Positions 1 through 8,503 of a DNA stretch of 64,000 bases are shown here, in pieces. The notes beneath the pieces were generated by a model. The model did not search any database. It was not told the DNA's origin and worked only from the letters and a program-made list of their open reading frames with translations. Made by a program: the position numbers and the translations under genes. Each line of letters begins with the position of its first letter. Position 1 is the first letter of the stretch. This DNA comes from a virus, in IMG/VR virus record IMGVR_UViG_3300020171_000019, positions 1-64,000 of that record, one strand, 5' to 3'.

Positions 1-97
1 AGACCATTCTACATATCGACGCAGGAGAGATATCTGAAGCAATAACTGCAGTCAGGACGATCAAGGATCTTGGCACAGCAATGGAATGGTGGTTGCT

Positions 98-334
98 ATG
101 AGCATCTACCAGAAGTGTCCAGTATGCGACGGAACGGGGCTTGTATCAAGACCACCGAATGTTGCCGGGGATGTGTTGGTGTGGACTGACAACAAGACAG
201 GACCGTATCCCTGCAAGACGTGCTTGGGAACTGGAATCATCAAGGCACCGGAAGAGGTGCCACGGGAGAGCAGTGCAATCCTGACTGACATAATGGAGCA
301 GTCCAGCACAGGAGGTCGACAGTGTTCAGTATAG
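98..334 (+). CDS. Small protein with DnaJ-type zinc-finger repeats
   Basis: CPVCDGTG and CKTCLGTG are CxxCxGxG repeats; start codon uncertain. Confidence 0.6.
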   Translation: MSIYQKCPVCDGTGLVSRPPNVAGDVLVWTDNKTGPYPCKTCLGTGIIKAPEEVPRESSAILTDIMEQSSTGGRQCSV

Positions 335-513
335 GCGGCGACATGGTGGGATGGGACATCCCTAATGAGTACGAGACACAAGCAGAAGCAGAGGCAGTGG
401 CTATCATAGGGACTGAGGATGATAGCGTATGGTCTGTTTACTGTTGTGGCTATGACGACCTGGGAGACTATTCGACAGAAGTGCTTGCTCGGAAGTGCGT
501 GGCGCTCGCGTGA
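322..513 (+). CDS. Hypothetical protein, paralogue of 540..1007
   Basis: SD AGGAGG; shares MFS, EY.T.A.AE.VA, DDSVW and CVALA with the next ORF. Confidence 0.55.
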   Translation: MFSIGGDMVGWDIPNEYETQAEAEAVAIIGTEDDSVWSVYCCGYDDLGDYSTEVLARKCVALA

Positions 514-539
514 AAAGGCGGACTTTACAGGAGGGTGCA

Positions 540-1007
540 ATGTTTAGTGTGACCAGTCGTCTTGCGAAACGACACACGGTAGGCGAGTACGACACCCTTG
601 CAGGGGCCGAAAAGGTGGCGGTTTCTGGCAGTCTGGTCTCTATCCGTATTGATGATAGCGTATGGGCTGTCATTCATGACGACACAGAGGAATGCGTAGC
701 ACTGGCATGGGAGGGTGGCCTTTATAGGCGGATCACATATACCGAAGATTGCGTAACGGTTGCGCCTCGATCAAGGTGTATTTGTTGTGGTGGGGATGCG
801 GGGTGGAAAGAGTTCTGTCCGTGTTGTGCAGATGCGAAGGAAGGGGCGAAAACGGAATCTCGCACATTAGGGGAGACGGGATTTTGGGATGTCTTAGTGC
901 GCCGGGAGAAAGCGCTGAGAGATCACCTGGTTTCGTGCCACGAGGGAACAAAGGAGAGAGAGGCCACAATGCAAATAATAGACGAGCACAACCTTGCAAG
1001 ATACTGA
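540..1007 (+). CDS. Hypothetical protein with Cys-rich C-terminal part
   Basis: SD AGGAGG before ATG 540; paralogue of 322..513; CxCC and CPCC motifs. Confidence 0.55.
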   Translation: MFSVTSRLAKRHTVGEYDTLAGAEKVAVSGSLVSIRIDDSVWAVIHDDTEECVALAWEGGLYRRITYTEDCVTVAPRSRCICCGGDAGWKEFCPCCADAKEGAKTESRTLGETGFWDVLVRREKALRDHLVSCHEGTKEREATMQIIDEHNLARY

Positions 1008-1053
1008 AGCGGATGGTTGCTATTGAGCTGCAGAAACCCACGGAGGTCGAGGA

Positions 1054-1284
1054 ATGATGCTGATCAGAGTAGGTGAACGGATCATCAACGGGGAATTGAT
1101 CGAGACTGCAGAGAAATCCGTGGACCTTCCAAACCAACACGGATATAAGAAGACGATAGTTCAGCTTTGCATGACCAACAACCCCCACGCCAACTATTTG
1201 GAGTTTGATGGTAAGGAAGCAGAGGATCTCTGGAAGATACTGGACGCAGAAGTGACGATGAGGACACCAGGAAGCGAGGGGTGA
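1054..1284 (+). CDS. Hypothetical protein, paralogue of 1286..1558
   Basis: LIRVGERIIN...FDGKEAEDLWKIL versus LIKIGNGIFN...FVGDDAKAAWQAL. Confidence 0.55.
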   Translation: MMLIRVGERIINGELIETAEKSVDLPNQHGYKKTIVQLCMTNNPHANYLEFDGKEAEDLWKILDAEVTMRTPGSEG

Positions 1285-1285
1285 C

Positions 1286-1558
1286 ATGGCGCTAATCAAG
1301 ATCGGGAATGGGATTTTCAACACACACCATATCGCACATGCGATGGCGGTGCCAAGTGAAGATGACGTCCAGGAGGTCATTGCCTTAAACAGCCGTGGCG
1401 ATAGATACAAGTTCGTGGGGGACGACGCCAAGGCTGCATGGCAGGCGCTCCTGGGGTTTAGCCTGGATACTGGCATTACCCCGGCAACCGCATGTGAACA
1501 GCACATAACCGAGAGCATAACAGACAAGCGCGACAAGGAGACATCCCAATGCCAATGA
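1286..1558 (+). CDS. Hypothetical protein, paralogue of 1054..1284
   Basis: SD GAGGGG; similarity to the preceding ORF. Confidence 0.55.
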   Translation: MALIKIGNGIFNTHHIAHAMAVPSEDDVQEVIALNSRGDRYKFVGDDAKAAWQALLGFSLDTGITPATACEQHITESITDKRDKETSQCQ

Positions 1559-1979
1559 CACGGTTGTCCACAAGGGGGTCAAGATGCACTACATCTTTAG
1601 TGAGAACATGGCTGCCATGATTGAGCGGTCTGTCGGTATTTCTTTGGGAGACCTTCGTGAAAAGGAATTAGACGAAATTCACCGCTCAATAGAGAAAAAG
1701 GTTGGCCACAAACTCAAACTTGGGTTTTCGCCAGGTCATATAGGGCGAGTAAATGTTCTTATTCAACAGGATCGTATCATTTGGCGAGAGGAAATTGAGC
1801 GTCTTTGGCAAAGAGTATGACTGTAGGGCACGACCCGTTTCTGTCTGACAGGCGCTCCTGGGGTTTAGCCTGGATATTGGCATTACCCCGGCAACCGCAT
1901 GTGAACAGCACATAACCGAGAGCATAACAGACAAGCGCGACAAGGAGACATCCCAATGCCAATGACACGGTTGTCCACA
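1442..1979 (+). repeat. 131-bp direct repeat pair (1442-1572 and 1849-1979) flanking a single-gene cassette
   Basis: Copies are identical except one C/T mismatch; the repeat carries SD AAGGAG and an ATG. Confidence 0.95.
1584..1820 (+). CDS. Hypothetical protein in repeat-flanked cassette
   Basis: 78-aa ORF with SD AAGGGGG filling the space between the 131-bp repeats. Confidence 0.6.
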   Translation: MHYIFSENMAAMIERSVGISLGDLREKELDEIHRSIEKKVGHKLKLGFSPGHIGRVNVLIQQDRIIWREEIERLWQRV

Positions 1980-2753
1980 TTTCCTGTTCTTCAGCCACAA
2001 GACCCAATTGAACAGGCTCTGAGTTCTTGGATTTTCGATAGCCACAATTGGGTGGAGAAGTATTCGGGATACTTTGAGTGCCAATGGTGCAAGACATTCC
2101 ACACGGGCATGCAAGGAATCTCACTTGACTATCCACTATGCCCAGGAAATCCGGCGATGAAGTCACTACGGATGCTTATCAACAAGGAAGCGTTCGTAAT
2201 GAACGAACTGCGCACCTTGCGGCTGGGGGATACCGGGCACCAAGTGTCATTCCTCCAGTCCCTGCTGGGCTCTCCACCGTCAGGCATCTATGGCCCCCAA
2301 ACAATGAGGCAGGTCGAGAGCTTTCAGGCTGCTCACGGACTGGCTATAGACGGGGTGGTTGGCGAGAATACGTGGAAGGAATTACTGCGGGTGACCAGAA
2401 CAAGAGAGATGTCAGGTGCGAGCAGAGACCAGGTTATGACCGATCGTGGTACCACCAAGGCCACAGAAAGCGGTCCAGCACTCACATGCATAAGGCCGCC
2501 GACCGACATGGAAATGAAGGACTGGATCGACAAGGCATCGTATCAGGAGTTGCTTGCGGCATGGCGATACGAGGAAGACGGATCTCCATGGTTGCAGAGA
2601 GAAACTGGACGTCACCTTAAGGAACGGATGGATGCGCTACGGAGGTCACTGTCTGTAGACGAGAAGATACGCATCAGCAAGGCGCCGTTGGGCGACACAG
2701 ATCGCGCTGTCTATAGACGAGAGTATACGCATCAGCAAGGTGCCGTTGGATAG
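1956..2753 (+). CDS. Composite protein: Cys-rich N-terminus, peptidoglycan-binding (PG_binding_1-like) domain and a duplicated C-terminal domain
   Basis: LRLGDTGHQVSFLQSLLG...GIYGPQTMRQVESFQAAHGLAIDGVVGENTW is a typical PG-binding repeat pair. Confidence 0.7.
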   Translation: MPMTRLSTFPVLQPQDPIEQALSSWIFDSHNWVEKYSGYFECQWCKTFHTGMQGISLDYPLCPGNPAMKSLRMLINKEAFVMNELRTLRLGDTGHQVSFLQSLLGSPPSGIYGPQTMRQVESFQAAHGLAIDGVVGENTWKELLRVTRTREMSGASRDQVMTDRGTTKATESGPALTCIRPPTDMEMKDWIDKASYQELLAAWRYEEDGSPWLQRETGRHLKERMDALRRSLSVDEKIRISKAPLGDTDRAVYRREYTHQQGAVG

Positions 2754-2783
2754 TAACCGGAGGGTCACAAAGGAGACATCACC

Positions 2784-2996
2784 ATGACCGACCTGGAGAT
2801 GATGGACTGGATCGACAAGGCATCGTATCAGGAGCTGCTTGAGAAGTGGAGACATTGCGAAGCGGGTTCTCCGTGGTTCCAGGGGGAGGTTGGCTTTCGC
2901 TTCAGGGACAGGATGATCGTCGTCAGAGCGACACTGCCTTTTGCGGAGAGGGTGCGTATCAGCAAGGCAGCGGGATGGGAAGGGAGGGATACGTGA
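2784..2996 (+). CDS. Hypothetical protein, paralogue of the C-terminal domain of 1956..2753
   Basis: DWIDKASYQELL..WR....GSPW.Q.E.G is shared; SD AAGGAG. Confidence 0.65.
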   Translation: MTDLEMMDWIDKASYQELLEKWRHCEAGSPWFQGEVGFRFRDRMIVVRATLPFAERVRISKAAGWEGRDT

Positions 2997-3092
2997 CCGA
3001 CAAGGAACGACCACTATATTTAGCGCAGGGGACTGTCGGGTTTAGCCGACAGAGGAATGCGCCGCCTCCTTTCTACTGTTAACAGATTTAAC

Positions 3093-3121
3093 TTGACAAA
3101 CACCCTATACGAGTGTATATT
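3093..3121 (+). promoter_or_regulatory. Sigma70-type promoter, probably giving a leaderless tnpB mRNA
   Basis: TTGACA-N17-TATATT with ATG 3128 six nt after the -10 and no SD. Confidence 0.75.
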
Positions 3122-3127
3122 GTTTGT

Positions 3128-4351
3128 ATGGAGATTACTCGCACCACAAGACTTAGGGTTGATCTGACGTTCGACGTTGCTGAACGAACGGTTTTGGCAT
3201 GGACTGAGGCTTGTAACTACATCAGCCAAGTCGCCTTTGACCATGATCGAATGGCTAATTCGATCCGCCTGCACCGGTTGGTTTATTACGATGTCCGTGA
3301 GCAATTCGGGCTGTCGTCCCAGATTACAGCCAATGCTATCCGCTGGGTTGCAAGCAAATACCTGGCCCTTTACAAGTCCAAGAAATGCCCGAAGACGCCC
3401 ATTCGATTTCGGATGAATGCGGTCGTTTTGCAAGGCGGTGTTCGTGGCCGAGATTTCTCCTTTCTGGGTCGTGGGTTAAGCATCAGCACTATGGACGGAC
3501 GTATCAAGGGCATTGGATTTCGCGGAGAACCCAGGCTTACCGAGTATCTGACGGACTGGCAACTCGGTGATGCTCGTCTTTTCGTGAGAAAACATAAGGT
3601 CTACCTGGCTGTCTCGTTCACGAAGAATGTCCAGACAGTTCACCTTCCCAACGATGCTGTTGTTGGGGTTGACCGAGGAATCAACTGCCTTGCCGTAGTC
3701 ACCGACGGCCAGAAACAACAGTTCTTCGGTGGCGGATACACCAAGCATGTGCATCGTCGTTACGCCCTCATTCGCGCCAATCTCCAACGGAAAAAGACAG
3801 AGCATCCGACTCGCAGTATCCGTCGAGTGATCAAACTGCTGTCCGGACGAGAAGCACGATTCACCCGCAACACTAATCACGTCGTAAGCAAGCAGATCAT
3901 TACGTTCGCTGCACAAACCGGGAACCCCACGATTGCACTGGAAGACCTCAATGGCATCCGCAACGGGCGTCGATTCCGGAAAGCACAACGCACCGACCTT
4001 AACCGATGGAGCTTTGCTCAACTGGAGTTCTTCATCCGGTATAAGGCCGAAGCCCTCGGGTTCGAGGTTGTTGGCGTTGACCCGAAGAACACCAGTAAGG
4101 GATGCTCTCGGTGCGGCTATGTTGATGATCGGAATCGCCGCTTGTTGAGTTTCTGCTGCCATGCTTGTGGTCTCCAATTGCACTCTGATCTTAACGCCTC
4201 TCGTAATATCCGACTGAGAGGTATCCTGGCTCGGCAAGTCCTGGGTCAGGTTGGGCCGCCGTCAATCGGCCCCGAAGCACGACTCGATGACTCCGGCTCG
4301 AAACCGGACGAGGGGACGGGCAAGCTGCCTGCTTTAGCTGGCAGTAATTGA
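3128..4351 (+). CDS. tnpB: RNA-guided endonuclease TnpB
   Basis: RuvC motifs GVDRG, ALEDL and SDLNASRNI intact; zinc ribbon CSRCG...CHACG. Confidence 0.92.
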   Translation: MEITRTTRLRVDLTFDVAERTVLAWTEACNYISQVAFDHDRMANSIRLHRLVYYDVREQFGLSSQITANAIRWVASKYLALYKSKKCPKTPIRFRMNAVVLQGGVRGRDFSFLGRGLSISTMDGRIKGIGFRGEPRLTEYLTDWQLGDARLFVRKHKVYLAVSFTKNVQTVHLPNDAVVGVDRGINCLAVVTDGQKQQFFGGGYTKHVHRRYALIRANLQRKKTEHPTRSIRRVIKLLSGREARFTRNTNHVVSKQIITFAAQTGNPTIALEDLNGIRNGRRFRKAQRTDLNRWSFAQLEFFIRYKAEALGFEVVGVDPKNTSKGCSRCGYVDDRNRRLLSFCCHACGLQLHSDLNASRNIRLRGILARQVLGQVGPPSIGPEARLDDSGSKPDEGTGKLPALAGSN

Positions 4352-4403
4352 CCCTTTGACGAGGATAGAGTGGTGGTCTCGACATAGACGAATTGAGGCG
4401 AAA

Positions 4404-4832
4404 ATGAGCGACAAGGAAAAACAAGTTGAAATAATAAAGTCGGTTAGGTTGATCGAACAGGCGGCACACAAGGTGAGGTGCTGTGTCAACGAGGACAGTA
4501 CCGAAGGAGCCGAAGACAAGATGCACGATCTGGTGGCTCTGGCAATAGAGGTCGGGCGGATTTATGCGGAACCGCAAGAATTGGAGATACGACCGGAAGT
4601 CATGTCATTTGCTCGACAGATGGAAGAGCGACTGAGAGCAAACGACCACAAAGGGGGGTGGCAGGACATGACCCCGGGTGATCTTATTCGCCGTCTGGAC
4701 GATGAGTTTTTTGAGTTATGGGCGGAAATCGACAACAAGGCAAGCGCGGAGCGGATTGTGGGCGAGTGCGCTGATGTTGCGAATTTTTGCATGATGCTGG
4801 CAGACAACATTGGGCACGGGAGAGGGCGGTGA
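4404..4832 (+). CDS. MazG-like nucleotide pyrophosphohydrolase
   Basis: RLDDEFFEL...ECADVANFCMM is the all-alpha NTP-PPase pattern. Confidence 0.6.
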   Translation: MSDKEKQVEIIKSVRLIEQAAHKVRCCVNEDSTEGAEDKMHDLVALAIEVGRIYAEPQELEIRPEVMSFARQMEERLRANDHKGGWQDMTPGDLIRRLDDEFFELWAEIDNKASAERIVGECADVANFCMMLADNIGHGRGR

Positions 4833-5026
4833 CGATATTGGAATCTATCATTGGTGCTGCCATGGGGACTGGCATATGGGCAGTGATCCTCTACTTTCTG
4901 TGGGTCTATTGTAAGCATAGGAGACACAAGGCAGGTCGAGGGCGAAGATGTTTCAACGATGGAAAGAAAGACGGAAGACAGAGAAAGCGCAAGCTAATCC
5001 ACGCAAGCAGCCCCGGAGGGAGCATA

Positions 5027-5368
5027 ATGAAAACCATTCTAATAATATTGTTTCTTGCAGGAGCTGATGTGTCAGCAAATGAGCAGGTTCTTTTGAGCAA
5101 CAACTATGAAGCAGGGGAAATAGATAGCATGCTGATGGACATAGAACCAATAAAGCCCAACTATAATTGGCGCATCATGCCGAGTATCCCAGACAGCACC
5201 CAATGCTTATTATGCGAAAAGCGGTTCGCTGCTTCTTCTGGGATGCTCCTTGTGTTCCCGGTACTGAAAGGATCACCAGCAGCTTGTTTCAAATGTTTGT
5301 TTCGTCGTGTTACTGGCAAAGATATTGATTGGAGTGATGAGACAAAAGCCAGATGGAAGTTGAAGTAA
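5027..5368 (+). CDS. Hypothetical protein with signal-peptide-like N-terminus and CxxC pairs
   Basis: SD GGAGG; MKTILIILFLAGADVSA; CLLC and CFKC; may be in frame with an upstream GTG start. Confidence 0.45.
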   Translation: MKTILIILFLAGADVSANEQVLLSNNYEAGEIDSMLMDIEPIKPNYNWRIMPSIPDSTQCLLCEKRFAASSGMLLVFPVLKGSPAACFKCLFRRVTGKDIDWSDETKARWKLK

Positions 5369-5369
5369 C

Positions 5370-5513
5370 AGAACACAACAGAGCAAGGCGCGAACGCAAT
5401 TCCGGTGCTGCGAGTGTCGGGAGGAAATTGAAAGTGGGGCGGAATACATGTACAGTTCTGGGATTTGGAACGGGCAGGGGACGTCGTATAAGACCTGCGT
5501 AATGTTGCCATAA
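5370..5513 (+). pseudogene. Start-less remnant paralogous to 5804..6145
   Basis: One frame reads KARTQFRCCECREEIESGAEYMYSSGIWNGQGTSYKTC versus ARKPHKCCECGGGIAVGQIYSYASGVWEGQGESYKTC; upstream in-frame stop and early termination. Confidence 0.7.
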
Positions 5514-5526
5514 ATGGAGACGGTGT

Positions 5527-5754
5527 ATGACTGACGAAGAGAGACTTGAAGGGATTCAGCATCACATATGGATAGCATTAGCAGATATGATCCACATGGA
5601 GGAACCCTACCACACTCTCCCCCTTATGAGCATCCTTCAGATAGCACAGGGGGAAGCGAGAGTTCTCAAGGCCAAGTTGGAGGAGATGGAATTACTTCAG
5701 TATAAGGATGAGCAAGTGTCCAGTGATAATCAAACAAAAGTCTTGACAATTTGA
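5527..5754 (+). CDS. Hypothetical protein
   Basis: SD GGAG; 75-aa ORF filling the gap. Confidence 0.5.
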   Translation: MTDEERLEGIQHHIWIALADMIHMEEPYHTLPLMSILQIAQGEARVLKAKLEEMELLQYKDEQVSSDNQTKVLTI

Positions 5755-5771
5755 CAGAAGTGTATTATATT
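5743..5771 (+). promoter_or_regulatory. Sigma70-type promoter
   Basis: TTGACA-N17-TATATT followed by GTTTGTATGG, as at 3093-3131. Confidence 0.75.
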
Positions 5772-5803
5772 GTTTGTATGGGTTATTGGACGAGGGTTTG
5801 GTG

Positions 5804-6145
5804 ATGATCGGTGAAATGCCAGAGGCCTACAAAGAGAAGGACAGGATAGCGCGAAAGCCTCACAAGTGCTGCGAGTGCGGAGGGGGAATCGCAGTCGGCC
5901 AGATCTACTCGTATGCTTCCGGGGTGTGGGAGGGGCAAGGAGAGTCATACAAAACGTGCAAGCCATGTCATTCGATGCGCAGCCTGGTTTGTAGCTGGAG
6001 CTGGGTAGACGAGTATCCTCCATTCGGGGAACTGATAGAGTGGGCTACTGAGACGGTCAAGGACGACAAGACATCAAAGGCCATGGTTGAGGAATGGCTT
6101 CAAGGGCAAGAAAAGAAAAAGGGGCTGAAAGATGGCAAAGATTGA
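5804..6145 (+). CDS. Cys-rich zinc-binding hypothetical protein
   Basis: ARKPHKCCECG...YKTCKPC motif. Confidence 0.65.
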   Translation: MIGEMPEAYKEKDRIARKPHKCCECGGGIAVGQIYSYASGVWEGQGESYKTCKPCHSMRSLVCSWSWVDEYPPFGELIEWATETVKDDKTSKAMVEEWLQGQEKKKGLKDGKD

Positions 6146-6785
6146 GTCCGGTTTCCAGGTGCCAGAAGATCGTAAGTTTCGTATTGTAGCCGACCAGAAG
6201 AAATCAGAGGTAGATCACCCCGACCACTACAACTGGCTCCCAGGCACGGAGTGTATTGACGTGGCCGAGCATTTCAATTTCAACCTCGGTAATGCGGTTA
6301 AGTATATCTGGAGAGTTGAAACTAAGGAAATTTCTGGTGCGCTTGTGGATCTACGAAAGGCGAGATGGTATGTAGATCGGGAGATCAAGCGCATGGAAGC
6401 GGCGATAGCAAGACTGACACCCATAGAGGAAGAAATCCTGGCCTACGAAAAACGACTGAAAGAAGAGGAGATCGAGCTTGATGAGCGGACTGCGACGCTG
6501 GTGCCGACCGAGGAGCAGGCCGTCTCGCTGGCGCGGAAGATGTTGGTCGAATTAGACGATCTGTCATTTACACCGATGTTGGATGATAGAAAAGAATGGA
6601 CTGAGTGGGTTCGGGTCGTTGTGGCAGCGCTCGACATCCACGAAGCAGCAACGTTTGTGGCGGAAAAGATCAGAAGTGGGGGAGGAGAACCAAAGCCTGA
6701 TATGGCGCGATGTCGCCGGAAGGCAGAAATAATAAGAATATTGTGGAGGGAGATGAAGCATGACACCGCTACGACGACAGCCTGA
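6132..6785 (+). CDS. DUF3310-domain protein (T7 gp1.7-like nucleotide kinase family) with C-terminal extension
   Basis: VDHPDHY...ECIDV...FNLGNAVKYIWR...DLRKARWY. Confidence 0.8.
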   Translation: MAKIESGFQVPEDRKFRIVADQKKSEVDHPDHYNWLPGTECIDVAEHFNFNLGNAVKYIWRVETKEISGALVDLRKARWYVDREIKRMEAAIARLTPIEEEILAYEKRLKEEEIELDERTATLVPTEEQAVSLARKMLVELDDLSFTPMLDDRKEWTEWVRVVVAALDIHEAATFVAEKIRSGGGEPKPDMARCRRKAEIIRILWREMKHDTATTTA

Positions 6786-6954
6786 CACCGGCACGACAGC
6801 GGAGTATGTCGATTGCGACGGATGGTCGGCAGACTTGGGTTGCAACAAAACGTGCAAGCCGCAGGACTGGAAAGGCCGATACGGGGGCAGGAATCTGTGC
6901 AGTCAATGTGCCAAGAGACGGGATGGCGATAACAGGAATTGGGCGTGGTTGACA

Positions 6955-7167
6955 AGATGAAGGCGGAGATTAAGGAGGTGCCGAGTGATAGAGGATGTGG
7001 TTGTTTGGTTTGTGGTCATGTTCATGGCCGCAGTGGGCGCTTGGCTGATCCGGATGCTTTGGATGGTGGGGAGAAGTGAATCGCATTGCACACTGTATGA
7101 CCTGCGGCCAAGTCAACATCGTCCAGAGGGTAACGACACCGGAGATGAAGGCGGAGATTTAGGAGGT
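6955..7167 (+). repeat. 25-bp direct repeat pair (6955-6979 and 7143-7167) containing an SD and flanking ORF 6985..7173
   Basis: AGATGAAGGCGGAGATT(A/T)AGGAGGT, one mismatch. Confidence 0.85.
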
Positions 7168-7173
7168 AACTGA
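6985..7173 (+). CDS. Small membrane protein in repeat-flanked cassette
   Basis: SD AAGGAGG; one hydrophobic segment. Confidence 0.5.
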   Translation: MIEDVVVWFVVMFMAAVGAWLIRMLWMVGRSESHCTLYDLRPSQHRPEGNDTGDEGGDLGGN

Positions 7174-8503
7174 TGGCATCAGATGTTTCAGTAAGACCAG
7201 TAGAGGCATACGAGACGGCAAGAGAAATCATCGTATTAGGGAGACCCAAACCCAACGATGACTCACATAATTGCGACGTGCTTGGTTGTGGTTCAACTGG
7301 CCCGCACGTTCTCTATAGGTTTTTGAAACCAGAACCAGAAGAATGCCTATGTGGTGAGGATGAACGATCATGAGTAAGCGACGCAAGGCAGGAGATTGGG
7401 TGTTTGTATGTAAGGGTGCCGGGTTTGGTTTATCCCGTGGTGAATGTGCCATAATCAGACCAGAACCAGAAGGCCGAGACAACGACTTGTGTGTACTGCA
7501 GTGTGGTGATGATGACTGCCAGGAGTGGAGCACACTGTGGACAGAGAATGACCCCTGTTCGTTATGTCACGTGTCGGAGTGCGACATGCTCGACTCTGAA
7601 GCAGATGCCGTCCGAGAATAAGGAGGCGAAAGTGGTGCTCCCGGACAACAGGCAGGCAGTCGCCTTGTATTCTCATGTCTCCAGTTTATTCGCAGGCGAC
7701 CACTACGAAATGATCGAAGATGAGCCTGAGTATGAGGCCATTGCAGAAGAGATGCGGGACATCATCAGGGCTCGCAATGACAGAGCCGCAGGTGCAACGA
7801 TTCTCTGGTGGGACAGTTGGGACAAGAAATTGACGGCTACGAGATTTGCACGAACAGTCAGGGAACGATGGACGGCACACCAGAAGGAGGTCGCGGGTGG
7901 ATCGCGAAAAAGCCAGGAAATTGATGTCATGCTCTGAGGATTACGTGAGAACGGCACGACTGTTTGTGTCCTCGGTGATAGAGAAATACGAACCAGCACA
8001 AACAAATCACTTCGTGGCGCTATTGGGTCACTTGAACACGGCGATGGAACAATGTCGGTTGTTCAAGGATAAGTTTGGTAGCACAGGGCCATATAAAGAG
8101 GAGAACATCAATGTCGGCTGAGATCAAGAACTGCGGATGCGAGAATAAAGGGCAAGACGTCCTGCACGGTCACGGAAAACGGGTGTTCAACGGCGGCTCA
8201 ACGAACTGGACGTGCACGGCCTGTGGGGCCAAGCAACCACTGAGCCAAGGAGAACGGAACATTAAGGAGCAAACCAAGGGAAAGAAAAATGGCTGACCTA
8301 ATTAAGGAGGCATATTTATGCAGGTGCATGTGGTCTGTTTCGGTCTTGGTTTCTATTGCGGGGTGGTTGCTCTTGCGGTTGTGCTGATAGCGGCCAGGAG
8401 TAAGACTGCAACAGGAGAGACGTGGCGGGGATACATGGCGCGGCACTTCAGGCAGTTACGTCGGTGGACTGATGGGCAAGAAGGAGAACGCAATGCCAAT
8501 TGA
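7173..8503 (+). other. Run of short, tightly packed hypothetical genes, several Cys-rich
   Basis: Overlapping or abutting + strand ORFs (7173..7373, 7370..7621, to 7937, to 8121, to 8296, to 8503); individual starts uncertain. Confidence 0.5.

Larger units (their letters stand above)
3020..4352 (+). mobile_element. Non-autonomous IS200/IS605-family (tnpB-only, IS1341-like) element 1
   Basis: Left hairpin CTGTCGG-GTTTAG-CCGACAG; right-end hairpin CTGCC..GCTTTAGC..GGCAG followed by TTGAC; no tnpA; left boundary approximate. Confidence 0.85.

Noticed and set aside
2993-4403. IS element 1 interrupting a gene (MTDKERPLY... rejoined to PLTRIEWW...)
   Set aside because: An in-frame rejoin is possible but depends on the exact left boundary, which cannot be fixed without an empty-site allele.
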